DNA of 58,733 nucleotides, the filler included, from Platydemus manokwari (Eukaryota): NCBI GenBank assembly GCA_037951405.1. It is 5 parts of 5 records of this genome, joined end to end, with 100 filler letters (N's around TTAATTAATTAA, not from the genome) between each part and the next. Parts side by side here need not be neighbours in the genome. Positions count along the whole stretch, not along the records: positions 38,335 to 48,102 come from JBBMOY011207321.1; positions 48,203 to 58,733 come from JBBMOY011126441.1; 3 more parts are not named here. The stretch is one strand, 5' to 3'. Positions 38,235 through 50,499 of this stretch are shown here, piece after piece (the first letter of the stretch is position 1; the number at the start of each line of letters is the position of its first letter). The translations under genes and the position numbers were made by a program. Below the pieces are notes generated by a model. That model saw nothing but the letters and a program-made list of their open reading frames with translations. It had not been told where the DNA came from and made no database searches.

Positions 38235-38334
38235 NNNNNNNNNNNNNNNNNNNNNNNNNNNNNNNNNNNNNNNNNNNNTTAATTAATTAANNNNNNNNNN
38301 NNNNNNNNNNNNNNNNNNNNNNNNNNNNNNNNNN
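38235..38334. other. artificial contig spacer
   Basis: 44 N + TTAATTAATTAA + 44 N. Confidence 0.98.
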
Positions 38335-38950
38335 TTTTTAAGCGAGTTATAGTCTTTTAAAGTTGCTGTTAGATAACGGCCATTATTTTTGCACCAACCT
38401 AATATTATTTTGAATCCGATTTGCAGAAATTATGAACAATTCGCGCATAGTTATGAAATATATACAAGTGGTGGTATGTTGTGATATGCGGGGCAGCCGC
38501 GTATGTTCAATACAACCAAGAATTAATGAAATTCTAATGAACATCAAGAATGAGAAGCAGTTTAAATGATAGAATTATTGTTCAGTGATGACATTTTCAA
38601 ATGGATTAGGCTTAGGAAATAAAAGCAATGAAAATAAAAAATTAAAGAATGCCAGCTAAAGAGGATTCTGATTCAGAAAAGTTTAAAAGAATTGAAATAT
38701 TAAAAGTAATGACAAAATCAGATGAATTGACTTAAGGTGTCTCTGTTGACTGTGAAATGAAAGTAAACATAATAAAACATTATTTATTAATGTGTCCGAC
38801 TTCATTAAATAACTGGTTTTTGTAAATGTCAAATTATCAGTGAGTGACATGTCACATTTGGAGATTAAGACTCACTTTAAATAACATTTTAAAAGTGGAT
38901 AATCTTTATATCTTCCCTAATTCAAAATATAAGATACACACACATACATA

Positions 38951-40138
38951 CAGTCAACCATCATTAATCCGAAAAAAATAGAAATCGATTTCCTTTCGAA
39001 TTGTGAATCAACTCGTATAATGAAGTAATTTAAAATCTAAAAGATCGCCGTATTAATGATGAAATTATTAAGAAAAAGACAATTATTTATTTAAAAAATC
39101 ATCTAAAGTTTTTTATAGAGTTTTAATTTGAATAAATTTCAGTAAATCAACTTTGGCCTCTTTTAAATTTTTTTGTGTCATTGGTTATTTTTTAAGTAGA
39201 GCTGCGTGAAGAAGAACTTGCTTTGATGACAATTTCAATTGCATGGAATAAATTGCTTGGACTTATGTTGTAACTGTCATCGACCTGACCATCTTCAGTA
39301 CTAAGTACAGCATCTTCAACAGTATATTCTTCTTGACACAGTGCAATAATTCTATCATCATCAATGACTTCTTCTGTTTGGATAATATCATCTTCAACCA
39401 TTATTTGGTCAAGCTCATTCTTGTGTGTCTCAAAAACAGGATCTGATGACAAGTTTTCTTCAGCATAAGATCCGTGAAGACCAGGAATAAAACGCAGTTT
39501 TTTTGAAACATATTTTGAAGGTTTCTTTTTTCACATCTTCCCAAACCTCATCAATATGCTTTCTTAAAATTAACAATAAAGGCTTTTGTTTGGTCAAGCG
39601 AGTTCATGTAGTCAACAACTACCTTTTTCTATAATAATGCTTTAAATTTGTTATAATATCTGCATTCATGGGTTGAAGATGATCAATGAAGTTCTTCGGA
39701 AGCATTAAAACTTCAATGTTCTGAAAACATTTCTTCAAGCTATGATTTGGAGAGTTATCAAGAAGTAGACAAAATTTATTTTTGTCTTTTCGAAGTTCAT
39801 CATCAAGGTGCAGCAAAAAACAATTAAACAAATAAGTAGTCACCCATGCTTTCGAATTTGCGTGGAATTTGCAGTACCATGCAACATTAAATCCTTTAAA
39901 ACATCTTGCTTTCTTATTGTGTCCAATAACAAAGTGTATAATTTTAATTGATCTACTAGAATTTGAACATAAAGCTATAGTTTTTCTAAACAATCTATTG
40001 TCTTATGCCTTTTCTTTGCGGACCATGAAGTTTCAGAACAATGAATGAAATTTGTTTGGAAACATTCGAAAATTGACGAAATATATGATTTTTTTCGTAT
40101 TTCTGGTTATTAAAGTTCGGATTAACGAGAGTTGACTG
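38951..40138 (-). mobile_element. internally deleted pogo/Tigger DNA transposon with both TIRs
   Basis: 23-bp TIRs CAGTCAACCATCATTAATCCGAA and TTCGGATTAACGAGAGTTGACTG match at 20/23, with TA on both flanks. The internal disrupted DDE_1 transposase reads NSKAWVT...LLLDNSPNH...LPKN...LQPMNADII, followed by an acidic tail. Confidence 0.9.
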
Positions 40139-40534
40139 TATATATATTTAAAGTATCACCTAAACATTGCTAATGTTCTATCCTAATGATTTTAAAATTA
40201 GTATTAAGAAATGACAAGGTATATATATTCATGCGATTGTTAGGCTTGAAATAAATATCATAATTATTTTTGAGGGTTTCTAAATCAATTAACATTTAAA
40301 TAATCATTTTAAATTGAAAATATATCCATATCAAATATTATAAATGATAATTTGAATTAGATTGTCTTTCATTTCATGTTCTATGAAATAGTAGCTGCTA
40401 ACGTGATGATTTTTTATTTAAGGATAACTAAATTTATAATATTAATATTAAGATTATTCTCATGAAAATGATAATGCAAATAAAAATAATTTATATCCTC
40501 AATTTACAACAATAATAATTTTTTTAAATAAAAG

Positions 40535-43500
40535 CATCGCCATCATTTTCCAAAACAATGCGCAAATTTCAAATAATGAACATTAATCGACAAGGATATA
40601 TTCGTTGTTGCATGGTCGGCGTGACGAGCATAACATGGTGGGTGAAGCCAAAGAAAACGAAAGAACCATTCAAAGAAATACTGCCATTAAAGGGAAAATA
40701 CAGAATTGAATCAAGAAATAGGTCATTGACAATTTTAACTGTAATTGTTTTTTATATTATCATTTCGATCATGTCGATCTATCATATCTCTGTATCATGT
40801 CTCTCTGTTATATCTGTCTATCATGTCTCTATCATATTTCTATATTATATCAATTCAATCATATTTTAAGCTGAAGGACGAGAAAAACCATTTGACTTTC
40901 AAATGCATTGGCAGAGATAAAAGGAATCAAACTATTGAAGGTCGAACTAATGTAACGCTTGGTGAGATTTCAATATTAATATCAAACATTAATATAACTT
41001 ACTTATAAACAATATTAATGGATTTATTTGGCTACATTTGCGTTTATGTATATTGTTGTAAATATATTTTTATGGTTTAGTTAAAACGAAACAATCGAAA
41101 GGCATTAGAATTATAAGCCGTTCAGATAAAGGAAAAATGATTTTCAAGGTCAAATCAAATCAAACTCTTTTCTGTACGGTAAAAGTAATTATTAAATTCA
41201 ATTGTAGGTTTTCATGGAATCGACTAATAAATGGTGAATATAAATCGATTTTGAATTCAACTTTTTTGGAGCATTTCAAAAAAAATTCATCACTCATAGA
41301 AGGATACAATGGTTGGAGTTCTCTTGTTATCAAGTATTCTTAGCATTTTGTTTCCATTATTGTGTCATATTCGACTTTATAAGACAATCGAACTCGATTA
41401 ATATTATCGCACGGTTTTCAGTAAAATTGTGATTTAAACAGAACTCACTGTAATACTCCTAATTATGACCAACAAACTGAATGAAATGATGAATGTTAGA
41501 ATTGCCAAAACATATTGACAATATTAAACTAAACTAATGGATTTTAGACTAGTGTGATATTAATCGAGTTGAGTTGAAATTTCATTTTCTATAAGATTTG
41601 TTATACATGTCAACTTATTTGATGTATCTTATGTCAGCCAAAGAATTTAGTAAATCCTTGATTTGCTTGTTTGAAACAAGAAATATTTACATTGATGGTA
41701 TATAATGAGTTATGTTTGATATACCGTTTTGCAGACGTTTCAAAGAAGAACATTATACTTACAATTTCACAATCACATTTTTCAATATAAAAGAAGAGGA
41801 TGAAGGTTTTTATAGTTGCCTGATTAAAGAGACGAATGAGAAAGATGTATCGATTTTTCAAATATACATTCAACATATGAGTGAGTTGATTTTATGTTTG
41901 GGTTTAATAAAATAAATTTTAATAAAAATCGAAACATTGCAATATTAGAAGAACTATTCAATGTTAAGCTTATTTAGTAAACTTATTCACTTCGTCCAAG
42001 ACCTGGTTTTAATGATTATTGTCATGAACTTGAATTATAATTCATCCAGCACTTGAATTAACACAGCAATAGTTATAATATCGAAACTATAGAGTATCAC
42101 TTAAAATATTATATTTCATGGTCTAAAGGATACGAATTCAACAAATACTAGTGATGGGAATTAACGTCATTTGTCTCTAATCTTAAGAGCTGCTTAAAAA
42201 ATTCTGAGTATAGAAGGCTGACTGATATTCGAATTTGAAAGTTCGTCGAATTTTTATAATCTGATTTTTATTGCTTACAAATTTACCATTGAAATAAAAT
42301 AAAAAATTGCAACAAATGACAGTGAAATAGCCTGTTGTCATTAAATGAAGACTTTTGTGTTGAAATTCTCATTCTGAGTCTTTCACAGTGGGATTTGGAT
42401 TCATATCTCTAGATTTGTCGGTTGGTTTATTTGATTTATATAAATTTAGAATATAGCTGCATTATAGTTTTTCATTAAACTGGTCACGGTTTAATGGTTT
42501 GCATATTTTACTTAGCGTTCTTGTTACTCATTTAGTTCAATAAAACCGCCAAGTAGTCCAATCACGTATAAAATGTTACATAAATAAATCAACTAAGTTC
42601 ACGAAAATGAAAAATCGAATACCAAATCGTTTTCAAACCCCCAATAAATGCGTTATAAAAATATTTGAATTACTTTTCGTGATTTTAAAATTTTTACCAA
42701 TTTCATAAATGTATTTTCTAGAGCCCAGCAAAATATATTTTACACTGCCAATGGTATTTCCGATGGTTTTCATTGTAATGTTGATGTATGTTTTCAAATG
42801 CGATTTGGTGATCCTCATTAAATACGCTTGTCGGACGATCTTGAGAACAGGTGATAACATTACTGTATCATATAATCTTTTAAAAATCGCACGGTCTGTT
42901 CACCGGTATTTATTAAAGACCATAATCTTATTAAAACAGAAATGATAAGAGTAAATTTATTCAGGATACTTTGACAAATATCATCAAGTCAGAGACTTTG
43001 TATACTTTGCATGATCATATAGTGGATCATATGTCGATAAGAGAAGATTTAAAAGTTGAATCACTCTCGGTTTTTTCATTTTTTACTACTTAGTGCTTTT
43101 TAAAGCCAAGATTGCAATGATCATGCCTTCAGAGATGATATAACATTGTCAGAAACCTTTACAATTTCAACGGATATTAAAAGATGCTCAGGATAATATT
43201 ACAATTATATAAAAAAGTCACCGATTTATAGAAAACTTGTTTTACTTAACAGACTATTAAAAATCATTTTCGAATAGGAATTTCCTTTGAAATAATATTA
43301 TAATTTGTTACACAAACCAATGATAATTCTATAATTAGCTTTCTAATGGATTTGAACTCACTGCTAACTCACTCAAGTTAATATCAATTGAGACAATCAT
43401 GGTAATTTATTTTTAATATGATATCACCATGTATCTCACAATGGCATATTCATCCGACTTAATCATGTATTGCAATATACCGGTACAAATCAGGACGATG

Positions 43501-45708
43501 TTTTGAAAATTTTATATCTATATCTATATCTCATATGTTTTACTTTAAGTATTACTTTCAGAAAAACCTAAAGACAGATACGATTTTTTCTTTATTTACG
43601 ACTTCGATCACGAGGAAATCTTCAAAACGGTTTTGGAAGTTATTAATAAGCTAAAAGATCAAGGGTGTAACTCGTACTTTCATCACAGGGATCAAATGTA
43701 TGGGAAAAGTAATGCTTTAATATTGAATAGAATTGAGCAAATAAACAAAGTAACCCTTGGAATGGAATAATTATTTGATGAAAACCATAAAATGAAGATG
43801 TATATTTTAAAGGAATAGAAAAGGATAACAAATTCAAATTTGAATGTTAAACAAGGATAATTATATGAGTTGACTAATTATAGGGAACAGGAAAAGCACA
43901 ACTGTATTCGATATAGCGATTATAAATCAATTTAAATTTAATAAGTGACACACATTTAAATTTTCTTTTATGTTTCTGCAAATTTTAAAATTAGTCCTTT
44001 TTAATTTTATTTTTAATTTAATTTATTTATTACTGATATTCAATAATCGATAGAATGGCTTTAACAAGTAAATATATCGTGATTATTGTTTACAATATAA
44101 TATAAATAATACTCTTTACATTACAAATCAGCAGACATTTGATGATTCACTAATTCAAAACGGTGTATCGATGTCAAACAATTATTTAAACAAATATATC
44201 ACCAACTTAAAATTGACAATCATATTTCAATTCTAATTAATCGATTTTAATTATATAATCGCTAAATAACTGTATAACTATACTTCAATTTTAATAACTG
44301 ATCTATTGATTTATAATTTGAAAATTTATTAAAATTTATTTCAAATCATTATTAAAATTAAGTAACTATTGCAAATTTTAAGTCGTTGCTTTATTCCGAT
44401 TTTTACATTTGTTGGGTTATCATGAAACAACATAGATCTGAAATTTTCTATTAACTATAATATTACACCAAAAGTCTAAACGACAACAGCAAATCTTTTC
44501 AGAATACTCAAGATGGGAACAGCAACCGAAAGTCAAAAACTGAATGAAAATTAATCAAAAACAATGATTATTAAAATCACACATAAGCTAAGCGCTCAAG
44601 TTACCGACCCAAAAGACTGGGAAGAATCCATAGAACTCAACTTCTTCTGTAGTCATAAAAGTTGTGTCTGCTTGATGTCCCGGATCTTCGCTTTCATTAA
44701 CTGAATTTATATATGGATCGATTTACTTGAGATTTTCTTTACATCTCTCGTATCATTGGCGGATATTGGAGCTTGCTGCCATTTGTAGGTATGTGCACGT
44801 TGATTAATATGGATTAACATCAGAATAAATCCGATTACTTAACGACATGTGTGTTCATCGGGTATGTGTGTATTGACCTTTTTTGGGGTTCTTTCCTTGT
44901 TTTTTGTGACCATTTTAATTGATTTTTATTGATCTACTTAGACCTTATTTTGTTATTCATAATCGCATATGAACTTTCAAAATTTAACGACATAGTTCTC
45001 AAATAAAAATATTATAACTAAATCATATTTTATGTTAAATAGAGACCTTGTAGTGTCTTCAAAGTTTGATGAGGTTAAAAGTGAGATGTTGCTTCCAACA
45101 AAATCTTCTATTTTCTCTGTCTAAAGCCTTATGTAGCCATTAAAAAATTTCTGAAGTCCATTTCCAATAAATGAAACTCTTATCAAATTCAAGTCCAATT
45201 TTTTCAGTGAAAGTCACTTGATGTCATTTTATCGTTATGACTATATTATGGAATTGAATAAAGTAATTATTGATTTCTTTTCTCTTAGATGTATTAGAAA
45301 ATATGATCGATAATCTCGCTAAAAGCGATATTATCGTCTGTTATGTATCCAATGGGATTTGGCAGAATGCAACTTGTAATTTCTGTATTCAAATGTCTAT
45401 AAAGGGGTATCCTAAAAAGAAAAGATTATATATTATCACAGAGAATAAGAAATCGGCTATGGAACGATGTGGAAAGTTTATATTTCTATTAATATTTTCG
45501 ACTATTTCGTTTAAATTTGATTTTCAGCAAAATCGTATTGATGGATACAAAATCATGCATGACATCGAAAGTGATTGTGTGGAATCCAGATAATGTAGAT
45601 GGAAAACAACCTGGTTTACTCAAAATATGGTATTGGCATCGAGTTTTATCGTGGCTTATATCGACACTACCTGTGTTACAATACGAATCTTATAAAGGAA
45701 TGCAGTAG
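40535..45708 (+). CDS. IL-1-receptor-like protein: two Ig domains, transmembrane helix, TIR domain (5' signal-peptide exon not identified)
   Basis: Phase-consistent GT-AG exons are 40535-40740, 40871-40961, 41081-41311 (or -41333), optional 41384-41420, 41735-41880, 42722-42850, 43562-43708, 45289-45475 and 45528-45708. Ig motifs are C..ITWW..SLTI..FKC and FC..FSW..DEGFYSC. The TM is IYFTLPMVFPMVFIVMLMYVF. The TIR reads YDFFFIY...YFHHRDQMYGKNVLENMIDNLAKS..IVCYVS...W...YW..LP. AATAAA is at 45807. Confidence 0.82.
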
Positions 45709-46586
45709 AATAATTTAAAAAATCAAAAAAATAACGCTCAATAATTTTTAAATTTTTTTTAAATATTTTTTTAATAATAAAATTTTTAAACTTTATTTAT
45801 TTATTAAATAAAAGACATAATTTCATCACACCAAATAATATATATTTATTTTACAATTTTTTTAAAACAAACTTTCGATTATTATTAACATTCTTTAAAA
45901 ATAAAAAGTAAAATTTAAATTTTTAAAATGATATTTCAAACATATTTTTTTTGAGAGGTGATAGAGGAATACATTTTAAAACTTTTTGCTGGATTTGAAA
46001 TACATTTGGGTATAATCGTAGTATTAAATTCTCTTAAGCGAAATTCCATTCAGCATTTACTCTACTGTTGAGTTATGTTGTTAAATTTTATCTCGTTTAA
46101 AATTAGTTTCGAAATTTCCGTTTTTAGCATCATTTAGAACATATTCACATATGCATAATAACAGCTCGCACATTCATTTTTGTACATTAATATTAAATAG
46201 CTTGCAATGGCCAATCTAAGATAGTTTGAATTTTTACAAGTTAGACCCAAAAGAAACAGTACTCGTGTTAGTAGCGGCAACTTCACTTGCAATTGATCTT
46301 TCAACAAAAAATTATAATTTCAGAGAGTTTTAATGTCAATTTTCTTTAAAGCTATTATTTAAAATAATGATTTTAAAATTACTTAAACATTATTTTAAAT
46401 TATTTTGAAAATTTTTTACCTTCATTTTTCATCTTTTATAATTCTCGCCGCTTACTCCTTTTTGTTTTATTTATTTTTTTATAATACTCTTGTAATCTTT
46501 TATATAATTTTATACATTATAAAAAAATTGACAAGAAATTTATAAAAATAACAATAAAATTGTGTATACCAAGTTTTATCGTTTCT

Positions 46587-46950
46587 CTATGAATTCCCTG
46601 ACTCTTGGTTATATGGTGATAAATAACGCCCTTCGCCTCTAATTTGTTTCAGAAAAGGTAACTTTTCTTTTCTAGTATTTTTTATTAAATCACATAAAGC
46701 TCTTCCTTTAAATCCTTCATACGGATTTAAATTAATACCAACTCCTTTATCACCAGCATGCTCTTATTTCAATACACCTTTTTGCTTTAAATTTGCTAAT
46801 TCTTCTTTTATTTTATCAATTTCTAAATTTGTTTTCTTATCTTGTTTTGCTTGATTTACTGGAATGCCAACTCCTCCTGTAATTCGTACTATAATTGTTG
46901 TTAATGGAGCTCTTAAAGGTAAAATTCCACCAACATTTTTTTCTTGTAGT
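46587..46950 (-). pseudogene. Polinton/adintovirus pX-like small virion protein remnant
   Basis: GGILPL...TGGVGIPVNQAK...GVGINLNPY...GEGRYLSPY has the GG(I/F)LPL and repeated G-x-G-x-YL-x-PY motifs seen in small virion proteins of these elements. Confidence 0.55.
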
Positions 46951-47176
46951 CATTTTTATTTTCTACTAAATTTCTTAATTTGTTAATAATTTCTTTAGAT
47001 AATTTTATATTTTCTCATCATAGTTAAATAATTTAAGTTTTCCGATTTTTGTTTTTTGTTTAAAAAATTTTTCTCATTCATTTTTTAAAAAATAAAAATT
47101 CACAGAGCATTATTGAATACGATATTGTTGAATGTTTATTAATCATAGATCGAAAATATGGATATTTAATCCCTTT

Positions 47177-47585
47177 TCAACCAGAAATTGAATACATCTG
47201 TTCACTTTTAATTAATATTTCAACAGTTTTTTCTTCTAATACACAACACTGAGCTTTGTATTTCCAACCGGAAGATTTTTCAATTCCAACTTTTACTGTA
47301 TATCTTTTTATTACTTATTTTTCATCTTTAGTTTTTACATCGAAACAAAATATTGAATATAAATTCTGAAAATGTATTTTACTGAATTGATGATAATTAT
47401 TGCATTTTTTACATAAATTAAGATATGCATCATTAAGGCCATCCTGATTAATTATTGTGAAATCAAATTGCATTCTATTGGTTGGAAAGTATCTATTACC
47501 ATTTACTATAACTTGTCATGATTTCATATATTTATCATTAGCAATATTTTGAATGAATTTTGAATTATTTTTAGTTAAGGTAATA
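47177..47585 (-). pseudogene. second Polinton/adintovirus major capsid C-terminal remnant
   Basis: KNNSKF...DKYMKS*QVIVNGNRYFPTNRMQFD...NQDGLNDAYLNLCK...NLYSIFCFDVKTKDEK...KAQCCVLEEKTVEILIK is colinear with the remnant at 30100-30506. Confidence 0.75.
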
Positions 47586-48102
47586 AGGTGTTGCTTTTCA
47601 AAATATTTCTCTATATCAGATGAAAAATTTTCATTTACTGCCATTTCTTCAACCACTTCGCCGAAACCAGCATGCCTAAAACAATTTTTTATGGTATTAC
47701 AGCTAACTTTTGACCAAGCCATTTTAACCATGCTAATTGCATCAAGAATACTTACTTTAAATTTTTCTTCTGGATAGGAATCATAAAAATGAATCATTTT
47801 TGTAACAATTCCTTTTTTATAATACTGCTTAAAAGCATTGATAACCCCGGCATCTAAAGGCTGTAACTTACTTGTAGTATTTGGAGGCATAAAAATCAAC
47901 TCAATATTTGTTAAAGATTGACCTAACGGAAGATGGGAAGAACAATTGTCTACTAATAAAATAATATTTCTTCCAATTTTTCTTAATTTAGAATCCCATG
48001 ACATAATCCAATTTGAAAAAATTGTTGATGTCATCCATGCATTCTGATTGTTTTTATAATTTAGGGAAGTAATATCAACATTTTTAAAACATCGGGGATT
48101 TT
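47586..48102 (-). mobile_element. pogo/Tigger DDE_1 transposase fragment (5' cut by contig end)
   Basis: PRCFK...NQNAWMTSTIF...ILLVDNCSSH...MPPNTTSKLQPLDAGVINAFK...AWSKVS...IKNCFRHAGF. Confidence 0.9.
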
Positions 48103-48202
48103 NNNNNNNNNNNNNNNNNNNNNNNNNNNNNNNNNNNNNNNNNNNNTTAATTAATTAANNNNNNNNNNNNNNNNNNNNNNNNNNNNNNNNNNNNNNNNNN
48201 NN
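48103..48202. other. artificial contig spacer
   Basis: 44 N + TTAATTAATTAA + 44 N. Confidence 0.98.
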
Positions 48203-50367
48203 ATCTTCATATAATATTGAACGTGAGGCGAAAATAATATTAAATAGGTTCTATAATTCGTACCTAGGGCTTGATCAGAACCACGAGAGACTGATTAAGT
48301 CGACAGTGATCATCAACATTAATAATAAAAAGAGACTGATAAGATTAAAACAACATAGCAAGCCCCAAACGCAATAACTTTGTAAGAAGTATTTCTATTA
48401 AAATCTTGGCCTTGCTGAATCTCACTGGAGTCAAAATGTTCTGTTTCAATTTATACATTAGTGATGAGAATGTTTATAACGGTTGCTTGGACCGATATAT
48501 AGGTGAATTAATTCCAAAAATTAGTTACATCAAATATATAATGTGTTGTGGTTATACGATTTTATGAGAATATTATGATTAAGGAATTTTAGATTTGATA
48601 TAACATACTAAAACATATCAACAAATATATAAACATATTTATAATTATAAAGCGATATCTGACTCCAAATAGGATAACTAATGTTGTTTAAATAAGTATA
48701 ATTAAATTTTTAACAAACACAAATTAATATATAAAATTACAATTTAAATAAAGACAACAATGGATGAAAGAATATCCAGATAATCTTTAATTTATTAGTA
48801 TAAGGTTTTGTTGATTGAACAGTTTTACAGAGTCCAATCCATTTAAGTTGTTTATGACGTAATTAACATTTATTATTTCACAAATTATTATAAAGCTTAT
48901 TTTAAACAATATTAATTACTTGACAAGATTTTTTTCTCTTGTTTAAATTACTTTGTATTTATAGATCGATTTTTCTTTTACTAATTAATCTTCAATTAGA
49001 CAGGATTGCTTTCTCGAATAATAATATTCTAGGTGTTGCAAGCAATATAGATTGTATCAAATTGGTTTATTGAATGATTAAATTTTCTGCGAAATGTTTA
49101 TTCAATATACGCATTAAGCTTACTAATTAATTTAAAGTATTCTATTACTGTGGTTCTTTTTTGTGATTTTTAGGTCTACTTAACCTGTTTATTTCTTCTT
49201 TGTTTACTTTTATTTCTATTTTTATACTTGATATATTATAATTATATAATTTTTTATTTAATGTTACTATTTCGTGACGCGCTAAGCATTGAATGAACTG
49301 TTTTTGTTATATTTTTCGGCTCTTGTTAACATTTAGTTTCATAAATAAAAAATTTATAAAAATCATCTCGAATGTTTTGAGTTACTTATAGATACAACAA
49401 TCAGTGAAGAAATATTTGTTAATCGGTATTATAATTTTAAAACTATTATCAAGATACAATACTGGTCTTTTCATTATTAAACTTAAATAATTAACATTCA
49501 TTTGCATAAGTTGAAGTCTCTTAGGACCAGTAATAAATCTAAGCTAACGTTAATAAACTCAAGTAAATCTCCAGCCAGCCAACATCAATAATCAGTTAAT
49601 AAAAACCAAACATATAAACTTGTTATTTAATACAATGATAATAATTTCTGTCAAAATGTGTGCGATGCGATATATTTTTATGTATAGCGGTCGTGCCTCG
49701 AAAGTTTTAAAACCACTGGTTTTGAAACTAATACATCCCAACTCTAAAGTAAAATGAAGGTTAAGGAGGAGTAAATTAAAATGATGTCAAATGTTCTATG
49801 AGAATTGATTAATAATTTGTTATTGGTGTTATTTACCATTTATTTATTGATTTATTATTTTGGTGACATGCGGGTTGCCATAATGACCTCCAAGTTGCTA
49901 TAGTATTCAAATAGCATTTTCATATTTGTAATATTTATTTTTTTGCGATTATATATGTTTAATGCTTATTTATTATTTTAATTGTGAACGTTTGCTTATC
50001 ATTTATTTGATTTGTAGATATTTGTGTTGGAAATGACTAACGATTATTAAGGTTAATTCTGGATTTGTGACATTTTGAGTTAAATATGGAATTTATTTTA
50101 TCAGTTATGCCTAAAATTTTCATAAACTTAAATTTTCCAAACTTCTACTCTAAATTGCATGTTTAGAGAATATTATAGTTTCCTGCTTATTTGTTTATTC
50201 TTTCTGTTTCTTTCTATAAGTCGATTATCGTGAGTTCTCCTTGGATTATTATTGTTTATATTGTTCCTTTTTATATGTCAATAACCGATTTCGAATGAGT
50301 TTTGTATTATTATTAGTTTATTTTTATGAATCACTTTAATAATTGTTTTATATAAATTATTGGTTAT

Positions 50368-50393
50368 TATATATATATATATATATATATATA
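50368..50393. repeat. (TA)n microsatellite
   Basis: 13 TA units. Confidence 0.9.
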
Positions 50394-50499
50394 AGGATTG
50401 GCTAAATCCTATATCTGCATAATCCCGAGTTTATGGATTTTGTCAAAATAACATTTTAATTTTTATTCGTGTCTGATTGGTTATCGTACGTTGTTGTAT

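Noticed and set aside
40186-40218. Candidate first exon (ATG...GACAAG|gtatat) for the Ig-TIR gene
   Set aside because: It ends in phase 0 while the next exon needs phase 1, and it is not hydrophobic enough for a signal peptide.
40535-42850. FGFR-like/nou-darake-type receptor (2 Ig + TM, no signalling domain)
   Set aside because: Phase-compatible downstream exons encode a TIR domain, and the juxtamembrane segment is IL-1R-like.
4150-45708. TRAF and the Ig-TIR receptor as a physically linked immune gene cluster
   Set aside because: They lie on different contigs separated by three artificial spacers, so linkage cannot be inferred.
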